In this document: positions 49,233 to 59,695 of the stretch, piece by piece
Layout of the letters: the number at the start of each line of letters is the position of its first letter
Position numbering within the stretch: the stretch's first letter is position 1
The notes under the pieces: model-generated
Told to the model about the DNA's origin: nothing
Database searches by the model: none
Seen by the model: only the letters and a program-made list of their open reading frames with translations
NCBI GenBank assembly: GCA_963676565.1
Contig: OY781089.1
Location: 736,001-800,000, forward strand
Source of the DNA: Halarcobacter sp.
GTDB taxonomy: Bacteria; Campylobacterota; Campylobacteria; Campylobacterales; Arcobacteraceae
Reading direction: 5' to 3'
Length of the DNA: 64,000 nucleotides
Made by a program: the position numbers and the translations under genes

Positions 49233-50312
49233 ATGAAATCATCTTCTTTCACAAAACTTTTCAAAGTACTGACACTGTCTGTTCTATTTTTAGGACTAAC
49301 TACAAGTTCACTTTTTGCTGATACTAAAAAAGATTTTAAAGTTGCATGGAGCATTTATGTTGGTTGGATGCCATGGGATGTTATAGAATCACAAAAAATC
49401 ATGGACAAATGGGCAAATAAATATGGTATCAATGTAGAGATTGTTCAAATCAATGATTATATTGAATCAATCAATCAATTTAGTGCTGGTGAATTTGATG
49501 GATGTACAATGGCTAATACAGATGCATTAGGAATCCCTGCAGCTGGGGGAGTTGATTCTACTTCATTGATTATTGGTGACTTTTCAAATGGTAACGATGT
49601 TGTTATTTCAAAAGATGCTAAATCTATTAAAGAGTTAAAAGGTACAAATGTAAACTTAGTTGAATTATCAATTTCTCACTATCTACTTGCTCGTGGATTA
49701 GAAAAAAATGGTATGAGTGAAAAAGATATTACTGTTGTAAATACATCTGATGCTGATATGGTTTCAGCTTATACAACTGCTGATGTATCTTCTGTTGTAA
49801 CTTGGAAACCACAAGTAAGTGAAATACTAGCTATGCCAAAGGCAAATAATCTATTTAACTCTTCAAATATCCCTGGTGAAATCATTGACTTAATGGTTGT
49901 AAATACTCAAACTTTAAAAGATAATCCAGCATTTGGTAAAGCATTAGTTGGAGCATGGTATGAGATGATGGCTTTAATGAATACTGATACAAAAGAAGCG
50001 AAAGATGCTAAAACAATTATGGCAAAAGCATCGGGTACTGATTTAGCTGGTTTTGAAGACCAATTAAAAACTACAAATATGTATTACAATCCTGCAGATG
50101 CAGTTAAATTTAACAACTCTGAAGATATTGTAAAAACTATGGAGTTTGTAGCTAAATTCTCATTTGATCATGGATTATATGGTGAGGGTGCAAGTGATTA
50201 CGGTTTTGTAGGAATTGAATTCCCTAATGGAAAAGTGGTTGGAGATAAAGGAAATATCAAATTAAGATTTGATGATACATATATGAAAATGGCAGCTGAC
50301 GGAAAGCTGTAA
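49233..50312 (+). CDS. ABC substrate-binding protein, urea-carboxylase-associated (likely guanidine)
   Basis: WSIYVGWMPW, DFSNGND, IPGEIID; downstream of the riboswitch. Confidence 0.9.
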   Translation: MKSSSFTKLFKVLTLSVLFLGLTTSSLFADTKKDFKVAWSIYVGWMPWDVIESQKIMDKWANKYGINVEIVQINDYIESINQFSAGEFDGCTMANTDALGIPAAGGVDSTSLIIGDFSNGNDVVISKDAKSIKELKGTNVNLVELSISHYLLARGLEKNGMSEKDITVVNTSDADMVSAYTTADVSSVVTWKPQVSEILAMPKANNLFNSSNIPGEIIDLMVVNTQTLKDNPAFGKALVGAWYEMMALMNTDTKEAKDAKTIMAKASGTDLAGFEDQLKTTNMYYNPADAVKFNNSEDIVKTMEFVAKFSFDHGLYGEGASDYGFVGIEFPNGKVVGDKGNIKLRFDDTYMKMAADGKL

Positions 50313-50324
50313 TTAGGATAATCA

Positions 50325-51137
50325 ATGAAAAGGTTAATTAATCAAGTCCCTTCAAAAACAACAAATTTGTTTTTGGGGCTTTTGCCTTTTCTTTTGATTG
50401 CGGTGGTTTATATTGGAGCATCCAATGCAAGATTGGCTGAAAATCCAAATGATAAACTGCTACCTTCTATTGAAAAGTGCATCGATTCTATGAGTAAAAT
50501 GGCTTTTGAAAAGAGCAAAAGAAGTGGTGAATATATACTTTTAAATGACACACTATCTAGTTTAAAAAGACTTGCAATGGGTGTAATTATAAGTGCTATG
50601 TTTGCTTTAGCAGTTGGTATTGCAATAGGAACTATTCCTTATGTGACTTCAACGGTATCGCCACTGATATGGTTTTTTTCTTTAATCCCAACAATGGCAA
50701 TGTTGCCAATACTATTTATTGTATTTGGATTAGGTGAGGTTTCAAAAGTTGTTCTTATTATACTTGGAGTTGCTCCAATTATGACAAGGGAAATTTACCA
50801 AAGAGTAAAAGAGATTCCAAGTGAGCAAATTATAAAAGTTCAAACACTAGGTGCAAATACATGGCATATTATTTTAAGAGTTATAACTCCGCAAATATTG
50901 CCAAGATTGATTGATGCAATTAGAATTACACTTGGAACTGCATGGATATTTCTTATTTCAGCGGAAGCGATTGCTGCAACTGAAGGTTTAGGGTATAGAA
51001 TCTTTTTAGTAAGACGTTATCTTGCTATGGATGTGATTTTACCTTATGTTATATGGATTACACTATTAGCATTTTTAATAGATTTTATCCTAAGACAATT
51101 TAACCAAAGACTATTTCCTTGGTTTGGTAAGGAGTAA
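50325..51137 (+). CDS. ABC transporter permease
   Basis: TM helices, AEAIAATEGLGYRIF. Confidence 0.9.
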   Translation: MKRLINQVPSKTTNLFLGLLPFLLIAVVYIGASNARLAENPNDKLLPSIEKCIDSMSKMAFEKSKRSGEYILLNDTLSSLKRLAMGVIISAMFALAVGIAIGTIPYVTSTVSPLIWFFSLIPTMAMLPILFIVFGLGEVSKVVLIILGVAPIMTREIYQRVKEIPSEQIIKVQTLGANTWHIILRVITPQILPRLIDAIRITLGTAWIFLISAEAIAATEGLGYRIFLVRRYLAMDVILPYVIWITLLAFLIDFILRQFNQRLFPWFGKE

Positions 51138-51139
51138 TT

Positions 51140-51874
51140 ATGAGTTTGGTTAAAGCAAAGAATCTATGGAAAATCTATGGTGATAATATCATCTTAGAAA
51201 ACGTGAATTTTTCAATGGAAGAGGGTGAGTTCTGCGCTCTTGTAGGACCTTCTGGATGTGGTAAAACTACATTTTTAAGAATGCTTTTAGGTGTTGAAGA
51301 ACCATCAAAAGGTCAACTTTATTTTGAGAATAAAGATTACCCAAAGGAACCTAGTGATGAAAGGGGTATTGTATTCCAGCGATACTCAACACTTAGTCAC
51401 TTAAATGTGATTGATAATGTAGTTATTGGTTTAGAGTTTGAAAAGTCAAAATTTTTTGGAAAACTCTTTGGAAATGAAAAGAAAAAAGCAATGGAAACAG
51501 CTGATGAGATATTAGAAGCTGTAGGTTTAAAAGATGCAAGAAAAAAGTTTCCCCATGAATTAAGTGGTGGAATGAAACAAAGATTGTCAATTGCGCAATC
51601 ACTAGTAAAAAAACCAAAACTTTTACTTCTTGATGAACCCTTTGGTGCATTAGATCCTGGTATTAGTTTAGATATGCATGAGTTACTTTTAGATATTCAC
51701 TCGAAGTTAAATTTTGGAGTTGTAATGGTAACACATGATATCTCTGAAGCTTTTAAATTAGGCTCAAGAGTATTAGTATTTGACAAGGTAAAAGTTGATA
51801 AAGATTACCCAAATAGATTTGGTTCAACAATTGTTAGTGATGCAGATGCAAGTAATAAAAGAGGAAGAAAATAA
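51140..51874 (+). CDS. ABC transporter ATP-binding protein
   Basis: GPSGCGKT, LSGGMKQR, DEPFGALD. Confidence 0.92.
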   Translation: MSLVKAKNLWKIYGDNIILENVNFSMEEGEFCALVGPSGCGKTTFLRMLLGVEEPSKGQLYFENKDYPKEPSDERGIVFQRYSTLSHLNVIDNVVIGLEFEKSKFFGKLFGNEKKKAMETADEILEAVGLKDARKKFPHELSGGMKQRLSIAQSLVKKPKLLLLDEPFGALDPGISLDMHELLLDIHSKLNFGVVMVTHDISEAFKLGSRVLVFDKVKVDKDYPNRFGSTIVSDADASNKRGRK

Positions 51875-52596
51875 TGATTAAAAGTGAAAAAATTGTATTA
51901 AATGAAATTTTATATTCAAGTGTGAAATGGTCGAAAATTATAAAAAGAGGACAAACTATTCAATTAAAAGCATTAGGAGATAATGCAAGTTTAAGTGCTA
52001 TGTTTTACAACGCTTCAAACTCATATGAGAGATTTAATAGTGCCGATACAGTAAAGATTCAATGGAATGCCTTTTTAGGAAAAGAAAAATGTCTTTTTTC
52101 TGAAATGGGAAGGGTTTTATTTGCAATTAGTGATGATACAACTGATGGTTTACTTGATGCTTTAGGTGGGATTTCAAATCCTAGAATTATAAAAGAAAAT
52201 TTTGGTGGTGAGGCAACTTATGATAGTTGTAGAAATGGTTACCATAAATCTGATAGAGAAAACTTTTTAATTGAACTTGGAAAATATGGTATGGGTAAGA
52301 AAGATATGATTCCAGCTCTTAATTTATTTAGAAAAGTAGATGTAAAAGAGGGGTCAAATTTAGTTTTAAGTGATAGAAGAGCCGTAAAGGGTGATTATAT
52401 TGAATTAACTGCACATATGGATGTTTTATTAGTACTTTCAAATACACCACATGCTATGGATAAAAGTGGAACTTATAATCCAAGTGATGTTGAGATTACT
52501 ATTTTTGATTCGGTTGAATTTAAAGATGAAGACTACGCAAGTTATTCAGAGGAAGCTAAAAGAGGTTTCCAAAATACTAATAGATATTTTGTATAA
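51874..52596 (+). CDS. cgdA: Carboxyguanidine deiminase subunit A (DUF1989)
   Basis: ERFNSADT.K.Q, SEMGRVL, LSNTPH. Confidence 0.85.
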   Translation: MIKSEKIVLNEILYSSVKWSKIIKRGQTIQLKALGDNASLSAMFYNASNSYERFNSADTVKIQWNAFLGKEKCLFSEMGRVLFAISDDTTDGLLDALGGISNPRIIKENFGGEATYDSCRNGYHKSDRENFLIELGKYGMGKKDMIPALNLFRKVDVKEGSNLVLSDRRAVKGDYIELTAHMDVLLVLSNTPHAMDKSGTYNPSDVEITIFDSVEFKDEDYASYSEEAKRGFQNTNRYFV

Positions 52597-52606
52597 GGAT
52601 AAAAAG

Positions 52607-53227
52607 ATGTCAAAAAATATTGAAACTGCAATTTATAATGAAAAACTACTTTCAGGACTTCCATGGTCAGGTGTGATTAAAAAAGGTCAAAGATTTAGAA
52701 TAGTTGATTTAGAAGGTTGTCAAGCTGTTGATACACTTTTTTACAATAATAATGATTATTCAGATAGATACAGTGCAACAGATACAATTAGAGAACAAGG
52801 TTCTATTTTTATAACAACAGGAACAAAACTAATTTCAAATGATGACAATGTTTTAATGGAAGTTGTAGAGGATACTTGTGGAAACCACGATACTTTAGGT
52901 GGACATTGTAGTGCTGAGAGTAACTCAGTTAGATTTGGACTTGATAAAAAGTATATGCACTCTTGTAGAGACAACTATTTAACTTTGGTTGGTGAGCTTG
53001 AAATGAGCCCAAAAGATATTACAAATAATATTAACTTTTTTATGAATGTTCCTGTTGAAGAGGATGGACACTTAGCAATTGTTGATGGTATTTCAAAGCC
53101 AGGTGATTATGTAGAAATGGTTGCAATGATGGATACACTTGTGATGATTTCAAATTGTCCACAGTTAAATAACCCTTGTAATGGATATAACCCAACTCCT
53201 ATTCAATTACTTATTTGGGAAGATTAA
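52607..53227 (+). CDS. cgdB: Carboxyguanidine deiminase subunit B (DUF1989)
   Basis: DLEGCQAVD, HDTLGGHCS, NFFMNVP, SNCPQLNNPCNG; start ATG 52607 after AAGGA. Confidence 0.88.
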   Translation: MSKNIETAIYNEKLLSGLPWSGVIKKGQRFRIVDLEGCQAVDTLFYNNNDYSDRYSATDTIREQGSIFITTGTKLISNDDNVLMEVVEDTCGNHDTLGGHCSAESNSVRFGLDKKYMHSCRDNYLTLVGELEMSPKDITNNINFFMNVPVEEDGHLAIVDGISKPGDYVEMVAMMDTLVMISNCPQLNNPCNGYNPTPIQLLIWED

Positions 53228-53259
53228 AAAAAATATGGTTTAAAAGAGCCTTATCTTTT

Positions 53260-53310
53260 TATTTTGTGGGACGACCTACAAAATATAACTCACTTGGGAC
53301 GGCCCGATAT
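53260..53310 (+). promoter_or_regulatory. Guanidine-II (mini-ykkC) riboswitch
   Basis: Two hairpins with ACGR loops: TTTTGTGGG-ACGA-CCTACAAAA and TTGGG-ACGG-CCCGA. Confidence 0.8.
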
Positions 53311-53335
53311 ATAAACTAAAACTTAAGGATATAAA

Positions 53336-56300
53336 GTGTTTAAAAAAGTTTTAATAGCAAACCGTGCAGAAATAGCAAATAGAATTATAAAAACTTTAAA
53401 AAAAATGGGTATTGAATCAGTTGCTATTTATAGTGAAGCTGATAAACATGCTTCATTTGTGATGAATGCAGATATTTCAATCCCTTTAAATGGAACATCA
53501 TTAAATGAAACATATTTAGACTATGAAAAGATTATAAAAATCTGTAAAGATAATGGTGTAGATGCAATTCACCCTGGATATGGTTTTTTAAGTGAAAATG
53601 TTGAGTTTGTAAAAAAATGTGAAGAGAATAATATAGTTTTTATTGGTCCAAACTCAAAACATATTGAAGAATTTGGTTTAAAACACACAGCAAGAGCTAT
53701 TGCAAAAAATAGTGGTGTTCCTCTACTTGAAGGGAGCGAATTATTAGATTCACTAGAAATTGCTAAAAAAACTGCTTTAAATATTGGATATCCTGTTATG
53801 TTAAAAAGTACTGCCGGAGGAGGTGGTATTGGTATGAAGCTTTGTTTTAGTGAGGATGAATTAGTTGATGCTTTTGATTCAGTTATTAAATTAGCTGGCT
53901 CAAACTTTAGTAATAGTGGAGTTTTTTTAGAAAAGTATATCCAAACTGCTAGACACATAGAGGTTCAAATTTTTGGTGATGGAAAAGGTAATGTTAAAAC
54001 TTTAGGTGAAAGGGATTGTTCTATTCAAAGAAGAAACCAAAAGGTTATAGAAGAAACTCCAGCACCTCTAATTTCAGATGAATTAAGAGAACAACTTTTT
54101 GAAGCTTCTTTTAAACTAGCAAAGGCAGTTGATTATAAAAGTGCTGGTACTGTTGAATATATCTTTGATACAAAAACAAATAAGTTTTACTTTTTAGAAG
54201 TTAATACAAGATTACAAGTTGAACATGGGATTACTGAAGAGGTTTGTGGTGTTGATTTAGTTGAATGGATGATAAAAATAGCAGCAGGTGATAATACTCC
54301 ACTTATAAACTATGAACATAAGCCAAAAGGACATGCAATTGAGGTTAGGGTTTATGCAGAAGATGCAAGTAAAAATTTCCAGCCTAGTACTGGACTAATC
54401 ACAAAAGTTGAATTACCAAATGATGTTAGAGTTGATACTTGGATAGAAGATGGATGTGAAGTTAGCTCTTTTTATGATCCTTTGCTAGCAAAAGTTATAA
54501 CTGTAAGTGAAACTAGAGAAGAGAATATTTTAAAACTACAAGAGCTTTTAAATACAAGTAGAATTTATGGAATTGAATCTAACCTTTCATATTTAGAAGC
54601 TATTTCTAAAGAAGACTTTTTTATTAACTCAAAATTTTATACAAAGGTTTTAGATGGTTTTGATTATAAACCTTCAAAAGTGGATATTCTAAAATCTGGA
54701 ACCTTAACAACTATTCAAGATTATCCAAGTAGACTTGGCTTTTGGGCAGTTGGTATTCCACCATCAGGAGCTATGGATAGTTTAACTCCAAGATTACTAA
54801 ATCAACTTTTAGGAAATAGTGAAAATGCGCCATTTATTGAGATGACTTTTATGGGTGCAAGTTATAAGTTTAGAGCTAAAACAACTATTGCCATTGGTGG
54901 AGCTAATATGCAAGCCAAGCTAAATGGGCAAGATATAGATATGTTTAAAGCAATAGATGTAAAAGCTGATGATATATTAGAGTTTAAAAAAGTAGTTGGA
55001 GATGGAAATAGAACATACTTAGCTATTTTAGGTGGTTTTGATACTGCAAAATATCTTGGAAGTGCTTCAACTTTCACCTTAGGTGAGTTTGGGGGACATG
55101 GAGGAAGAGCTTTAAAAGCTGGTGATGTTTTAAGTTTTAATGAAATTAAAAATAAAGAGATTGTAGATTTAAAAGATACTCCAAGTTTAAGTAATGAATG
55201 GGAAATAGGTGTTGTTTATGGACCCCATGGAGCACCTGATTTTTTCACAAAAGAGGATATAGAAACTTTTCTAGATACTTCATGGGAAGTTCACTTTAAT
55301 TCAAGTAGAACAGGGGTAAGACTTATTGGACCATCTCCAAAATGGGCTAGGGAAGATGGAGGGGAAGCTGGTCTACACCCTTCAAATATCCATGACAATG
55401 CTTATGCTTTTGGTACTATTGATTTTACAGGTGACCAACCTGTAATACTTGGACCTGATGGGCCAAGCCTTGGGGGATTTGTTTGTCCTGTTACAATTAT
55501 TTCTTGTGAGTTATATAAAGTAGGACAATTAAAAGCAGGTGATAAAATCAAATTCAAGCCTGTTAGTTTAAAAAATGCAGACTTAATGAATAAAGCCTAT
55601 GAAGAGGCAATTTCAACAAATGGATATTTACCAAAATTAAAAGAGTATATTATTGATTTTAATGTTGAAAAACAAACACCAATTATTGAGAGTATGAAGT
55701 TTAAAGAACTTGATATCGATATTACAATTAGAGCTGCTGGAAATGAGTTTATTTTAATTGAAGCAGGGGAGTTAAAACTTGATATTGAGTTAAGATTTTT
55801 TATTCATGCCCTTATGAATCGTTTTGAAGAGTCTAATTTAGATGGAATTATTGATTTAACTCCAGGAATTAGAAGTTTACAAATACACTTTAATTCACAA
55901 ATAATTAGCCGTGAAAAGATTTTAAAAACTGTAATTCACACAGTAAACTCATTAAAAGATATTGAAAATTTAGAAGTTGATTCAAGAACAGTATGGTTAC
56001 CACTTTCATGGAATGATCCATCAATTCAAAAAGCAATTGATAAATATCAACAGGGTGTAAGACCAAATGCTCCTTGGTGCCCTTCAAATATCGATTTTAT
56101 AAAAAGAATAAATGGTTTAGAAAATAAAGATGATGTTAAAAATATTGTTTTTGAAGCTGATTATTTAGTTTTAGGACTTGGTGATGTTTATCTTGGAGCT
56201 CCTGTTGCAACTCCCCTTGATCCATCACATAGAGTAGTTACCACAAAATATAATCCAGCTCGTACATGGACAGCACAAAACTCTGTTGGTATTGGTGGGG

Positions 56301-56932
56301 CATATATGTGTGTTTATGGTATGGAAGGCCCTGGAGGGTATCAACTTTTTGGTAGAACTTTACAAATGTGGAACAAATTTAGAGCTACAAAAGAGTTTGA
56401 AAAACCATGGTTATTAAGATTTTTTGATCAAGTAAAATTTTATCCTGTAACAAATGAAGAGTTAGAAGATATTAGAGATAAGTTTTTATATGGAAAATTT
56501 TCTTTGACAATTGAAGAAAAAAGTTTTAAATTAAAAGAGTATAAAGAGTTTCTTGAGAAAAACAAAGAGAAATCAGATACTTTTCAAATAAAAAGACAAA
56601 AAGCATTTGAAGAAGAAAGACAAATGTGGAAAGAGAAAGGTTTAGATAGTTTTGACACTTCTATTGAAGCAGTTATGGATAAAGATGAGATTACCTTAGC
56701 TGATGATGAAGAGGCAGTAGAATCAATTATGGCTGGAAATATTTGGAAAATAGAAGTAAAAGTTGGAGATAAAATTAAATCAGGAGATGTTTTAGTTATC
56801 TTAGAATCTATGAAAATGGAAGTTGAAATAGAAGCTGAAGTATCTGGGACAGTATCGCAAATTCTTTATAAAGAGGGCGATAATATCAATAGTGGTGATG
56901 TACTAGTTGTTATAAAAAAGGATGAAAAATGA
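53336..56932 (+). CDS. uca: Urea/guanidine carboxylase
   Basis: Biotin carboxylase (ANRAEIA, HPGYGFLSEN), CT domain (GPDGPSLGG, TTKYNPART), biotinyl ESMKM. Confidence 0.95.
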   Translation: MFKKVLIANRAEIANRIIKTLKKMGIESVAIYSEADKHASFVMNADISIPLNGTSLNETYLDYEKIIKICKDNGVDAIHPGYGFLSENVEFVKKCEENNIVFIGPNSKHIEEFGLKHTARAIAKNSGVPLLEGSELLDSLEIAKKTALNIGYPVMLKSTAGGGGIGMKLCFSEDELVDAFDSVIKLAGSNFSNSGVFLEKYIQTARHIEVQIFGDGKGNVKTLGERDCSIQRRNQKVIEETPAPLISDELREQLFEASFKLAKAVDYKSAGTVEYIFDTKTNKFYFLEVNTRLQVEHGITEEVCGVDLVEWMIKIAAGDNTPLINYEHKPKGHAIEVRVYAEDASKNFQPSTGLITKVELPNDVRVDTWIEDGCEVSSFYDPLLAKVITVSETREENILKLQELLNTSRIYGIESNLSYLEAISKEDFFINSKFYTKVLDGFDYKPSKVDILKSGTLTTIQDYPSRLGFWAVGIPPSGAMDSLTPRLLNQLLGNSENAPFIEMTFMGASYKFRAKTTIAIGGANMQAKLNGQDIDMFKAIDVKADDILEFKKVVGDGNRTYLAILGGFDTAKYLGSASTFTLGEFGGHGGRALKAGDVLSFNEIKNKEIVDLKDTPSLSNEWEIGVVYGPHGAPDFFTKEDIETFLDTSWEVHFNSSRTGVRLIGPSPKWAREDGGEAGLHPSNIHDNAYAFGTIDFTGDQPVILGPDGPSLGGFVCPVTIISCELYKVGQLKAGDKIKFKPVSLKNADLMNKAYEEAISTNGYLPKLKEYIIDFNVEKQTPIIESMKFKELDIDITIRAAGNEFILIEAGELKLDIELRFFIHALMNRFEESNLDGIIDLTPGIRSLQIHFNSQIISREKILKTVIHTVNSLKDIENLEVDSRTVWLPLSWNDPSIQKAIDKYQQGVRPNAPWCPSNIDFIKRINGLENKDDVKNIVFEADYLVLGLGDVYLGAPVATPLDPSHRVVTTKYNPARTWTAQNSVGIGGAYMCVYGMEGPGGYQLFGRTLQMWNKFRATKEFEKPWLLRFFDQVKFYPVTNEELEDIRDKFLYGKFSLTIEEKSFKLKEYKEFLEKNKEKSDTFQIKRQKAFEEERQMWKEKGLDSFDTSIEAVMDKDEITLADDEEAVESIMAGNIWKIEVKVGDKIKSGDVLVILESMKMEVEIEAEVSGTVSQILYKEGDNINSGDVLVVIKKDEK

Positions 56933-58257
56933 ATTTAAATATAAATGAGTTAAGGTCTAAATATTTAAGTGGTGAGATTACAGTAAAAGAAGTAATCTCA
57001 TCAATAAAAGAAAAAATAGAAGAGTATGAAAATCATAATATATGGATTTATACTTTAAGTGATGAACAATTAGAAACTTACATCAAAAATTTAGAAGATA
57101 AAGATATTGAAGATTATCCACTATATGGAATCCCTTTTGCCATAAAAGATAATATAGATTTAGAAAATATTCCCACAACTGCAGCTTGTAAAGAGTATGA
57201 ATATGTTCCTACAAAATCAGCTTTTGTTGTACAAAGATTGATTGATGCTGGAGCAATTCCTATTGGAAAAACAAACCTTGACCAATTTGCTACAGGATTA
57301 GTTGGGACTAGAAGTCCATATGGGGAGTGTAAAAACTCAATTAATCCTGAATATATTTCAGGGGGCTCAAGTTCAGGAAGTGCAGTTTCAGTTGCCTTAG
57401 AAATGGCAAGTTTCTCCCTTGGAACAGATACTGCTGGAAGTGGTAGAGTTCCTGCTGCTTTTAATAATCTAATAGGATTAAAGGCAACAAAAGGAGTTGT
57501 TAGTACAAGTGGTGTTGTGCCTGCTTGTAGAAGTTTAGATTGCGTAACTGTTTTTTCTAAAGAGTTAGATTCTGTAAAAACTGTATTTGAGATAATTAAT
57601 AAATATGATGAAGAAGATATATATAGTAGAGTTTACGAAGCTAAAGAAAATGGTGTAAAAGAGAAGTTTAAATTCGCAATTCCTAAAAAAGAGCAACTAA
57701 TGTTTTTTGGTGATGGAGAGGCTAGAGTTTTATTTGAAAAAGCAGTTGAAAAATTTGAATCTTTAGGTGGGAAAGCTGTAGAGATAGATTATGAACCATT
57801 TAATGAGAGTGCAAATTTACTTTATAGTGGACCTTGGGTAACTGAGCGATATATCGCTATTAAAGAGATTATTACAAAAACTGCTGAAGTTGTAGAACCA
57901 ACTGTTAGAAAAATCATTTCAGGTGGAGATAAAATAGATGCTATTAACTATTTTGAATCAGAATATACTCTAAAGAAAAATAGAAAATATGCGGATAAAG
58001 TTTTTTTAGATTATGACTTTTTATTAACCCCAACAACTGGAACTATTTATAAGATTGATGAGGTAAATTCTGATCCTATTGCTTTAAATACAAATCTTGG
58101 GTATTACACAAATTATATGAATCTTCTTGATTTATGTGCAGTTGCAGTACCTGCTGGCTTTAGAAAAAATGGTTTACCTTTTGGAGTAACAATAGTTTCA
58201 GATAAGTTTGAAGAAGAAAAACTTCTAGATTACTGTGAAACATATTTAAAGGACTAA
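56929..58257 (+). CDS. atzF: Allophanate hydrolase, amidase domain
   Basis: KTNLDQFATGLVGTRSPYG, GGSSSGS, GTDTAGSGRVPA. Confidence 0.93.
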   Translation: MNLNINELRSKYLSGEITVKEVISSIKEKIEEYENHNIWIYTLSDEQLETYIKNLEDKDIEDYPLYGIPFAIKDNIDLENIPTTAACKEYEYVPTKSAFVVQRLIDAGAIPIGKTNLDQFATGLVGTRSPYGECKNSINPEYISGGSSSGSAVSVALEMASFSLGTDTAGSGRVPAAFNNLIGLKATKGVVSTSGVVPACRSLDCVTVFSKELDSVKTVFEIINKYDEEDIYSRVYEAKENGVKEKFKFAIPKKEQLMFFGDGEARVLFEKAVEKFESLGGKAVEIDYEPFNESANLLYSGPWVTERYIAIKEIITKTAEVVEPTVRKIISGGDKIDAINYFESEYTLKKNRKYADKVFLDYDFLLTPTTGTIYKIDEVNSDPIALNTNLGYYTNYMNLLDLCAVAVPAGFRKNGLPFGVTIVSDKFEEEKLLDYCETYLKD

Positions 58258-58258
58258 A

Positions 58259-58645
58259 ATGAGTGAAAATGAAATATTAGTGGGAGTTTGTGGCGCACAT
58301 ATGAGTGATTTACCATTAAACTGGCAATTAACTGAATTAAATAGTACATTTGTAAAAAAAACTAAAACAAAAAAAGGTTATAGACTATATGTACTTGAAA
58401 ATAAAGACCCAATTAGACCTGGGATGATTTATGATAGCTCTGTTTCAACTCAAATTGAAGTTGAAGTTTGGTCAATGCCCGTTGAGAATTTTGGAAAATT
58501 TATGAAAATGATTGCAAGTCCACTTGGAATAGGAAGTGTTTATTTAGAAGATGAGTCTTTTGTTTATGGCTTTTTATGTGAAGCAGATTTTGTAAAAGGT
58601 GCAAAAGAAATCTCTAATTTAGGTAGTTGGAGAGCCTTTGTATGA
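58259..58645 (+). CDS. Allophanate hydrolase C-terminal domain as a separate gene
   Basis: VCGAHMS.LPLN.QL, PLGIG.V.L, GFLCE. Confidence 0.85.
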   Translation: MSENEILVGVCGAHMSDLPLNWQLTELNSTFVKKTKTKKGYRLYVLENKDPIRPGMIYDSSVSTQIEVEVWSMPVENFGKFMKMIASPLGIGSVYLEDESFVYGFLCEADFVKGAKEISNLGSWRAFV

Positions 58646-58971
58646 CAAGTGCTAATTTAGCTTGGGGTTTTCTTGTTATTGCAGGATTACTTGAAGCTTT
58701 ATGGGCAATGGGGTTAAAGTTTAGTGAAGGATTTACTAAACCCTTGCCTACTTTTTTTACATTGATTTTAGTATTAAGTAGTTTTTTCTTACTTTCAAAA
58801 TCAATGAAAGTATTACCCGTTGGAGTTGCTTATTCTGTTTGGTGCGCAATAGGTATCTCAACCCTTGTTATTATTGAATATTTTTATTTAGGCACCTCTT
58901 TTAATATACCAAAGGTGATCTCTATTTTATTAATAGTTTTAGGAATAGTAGGCTTAAAACTTTTCTCTTAA
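58642..58971 (+). CDS. gdx: SMR family transporter, Gdx/SugE-like
   Basis: W..L.IAGLLE..WA.GLK.SEGFT, AYSVW; ATGA overlap at 58642. Confidence 0.75.
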   Translation: MTSANLAWGFLVIAGLLEALWAMGLKFSEGFTKPLPTFFTLILVLSSFFLLSKSMKVLPVGVAYSVWCAIGISTLVIIEYFYLGTSFNIPKVISILLIVLGIVGLKLFS

Positions 58972-58987
58972 AAATGGAAGAAAGATT

Positions 58988-59692
58988 TTATCTTGCTTCC
59001 ATTTCAATAAATAGAAAATGAGAGTTTTCTATTGCTTTTATTTTTAATAAGTTTTCTTCTGTAATTTCGCAGGCATCACCATTTTCTAAAACTATTTCGT
59101 TTACAGTAGAACTTCCCTCAATTTGGACAAAATATATTTGTCTATTTGGGGCAATCTCATAGTTTAACTCTTTAGAATCATTTAATTCACTAACATAAAA
59201 ACTCACATCTTGGTATAGCTTTATTGGAGCATTACCATTTTTAGAAGAGACTATATTTAAAAGTTTATTTTCACGCTCTTCTTTTTTAAATCTATGGGAA
59301 CCATATAATCTTTCTAAACCTTTTTTAGGAGGTATTATCCAAATTTGAAGTAGTTTTAAATCTTCTGTTTTATTTAGGTTATGCTCACTATGAAATATAC
59401 CATTTCCAGCACTTAAATATTGAACTTCACCCCTTGTTAAAGTTTCTTCATTTCCCATGGAATCTTTATGGGTTAATTCCCCTTGGGTTATATAGGTTAC
59501 TATTTCCATGTTTTCATGGGGATGTGTGTCAAATCCAGAATCTGGGTGAATGATATCATCATTTAAAACCCTTAAACATCCAAAATGGATGTTTTTAGGG
59601 TTATAGTATTGAGCAAAACTAAAATGGAAACGGCTTTCAAGCCAACCAAGATTGGATGTTCCCATATTTTCTTTATTTAATTTTTTTATCAT
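58988..59692 (-). CDS. Pirin family protein (YhhW-like)
   Basis: FSFA.YY.P, LRVLNDD, HPH.NMEI, H.DSMGN, HSE. Confidence 0.92.
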   Translation of the reverse strand: MIKKLNKENMGTSNLGWLESRFHFSFAQYYNPKNIHFGCLRVLNDDIIHPDSGFDTHPHENMEIVTYITQGELTHKDSMGNEETLTRGEVQYLSAGNGIFHSEHNLNKTEDLKLLQIWIIPPKKGLERLYGSHRFKKEERENKLLNIVSSKNGNAPIKLYQDVSFYVSELNDSKELNYEIAPNRQIYFVQIEGSSTVNEIVLENGDACEITEENLLKIKAIENSHFLFIEMEAR

Positions 59693-59695
59693 GAT

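Noticed and set aside
52451..52606. N-terminal extension of cgdB in the ORF track
   Set aside because: Overlaps cgdA; the RBS-supported start is 52607.
58250..58262. Frameshifted atzF pseudogene
   Set aside because: The break falls at the domain boundary and the second ORF has its own RBS and ATG.
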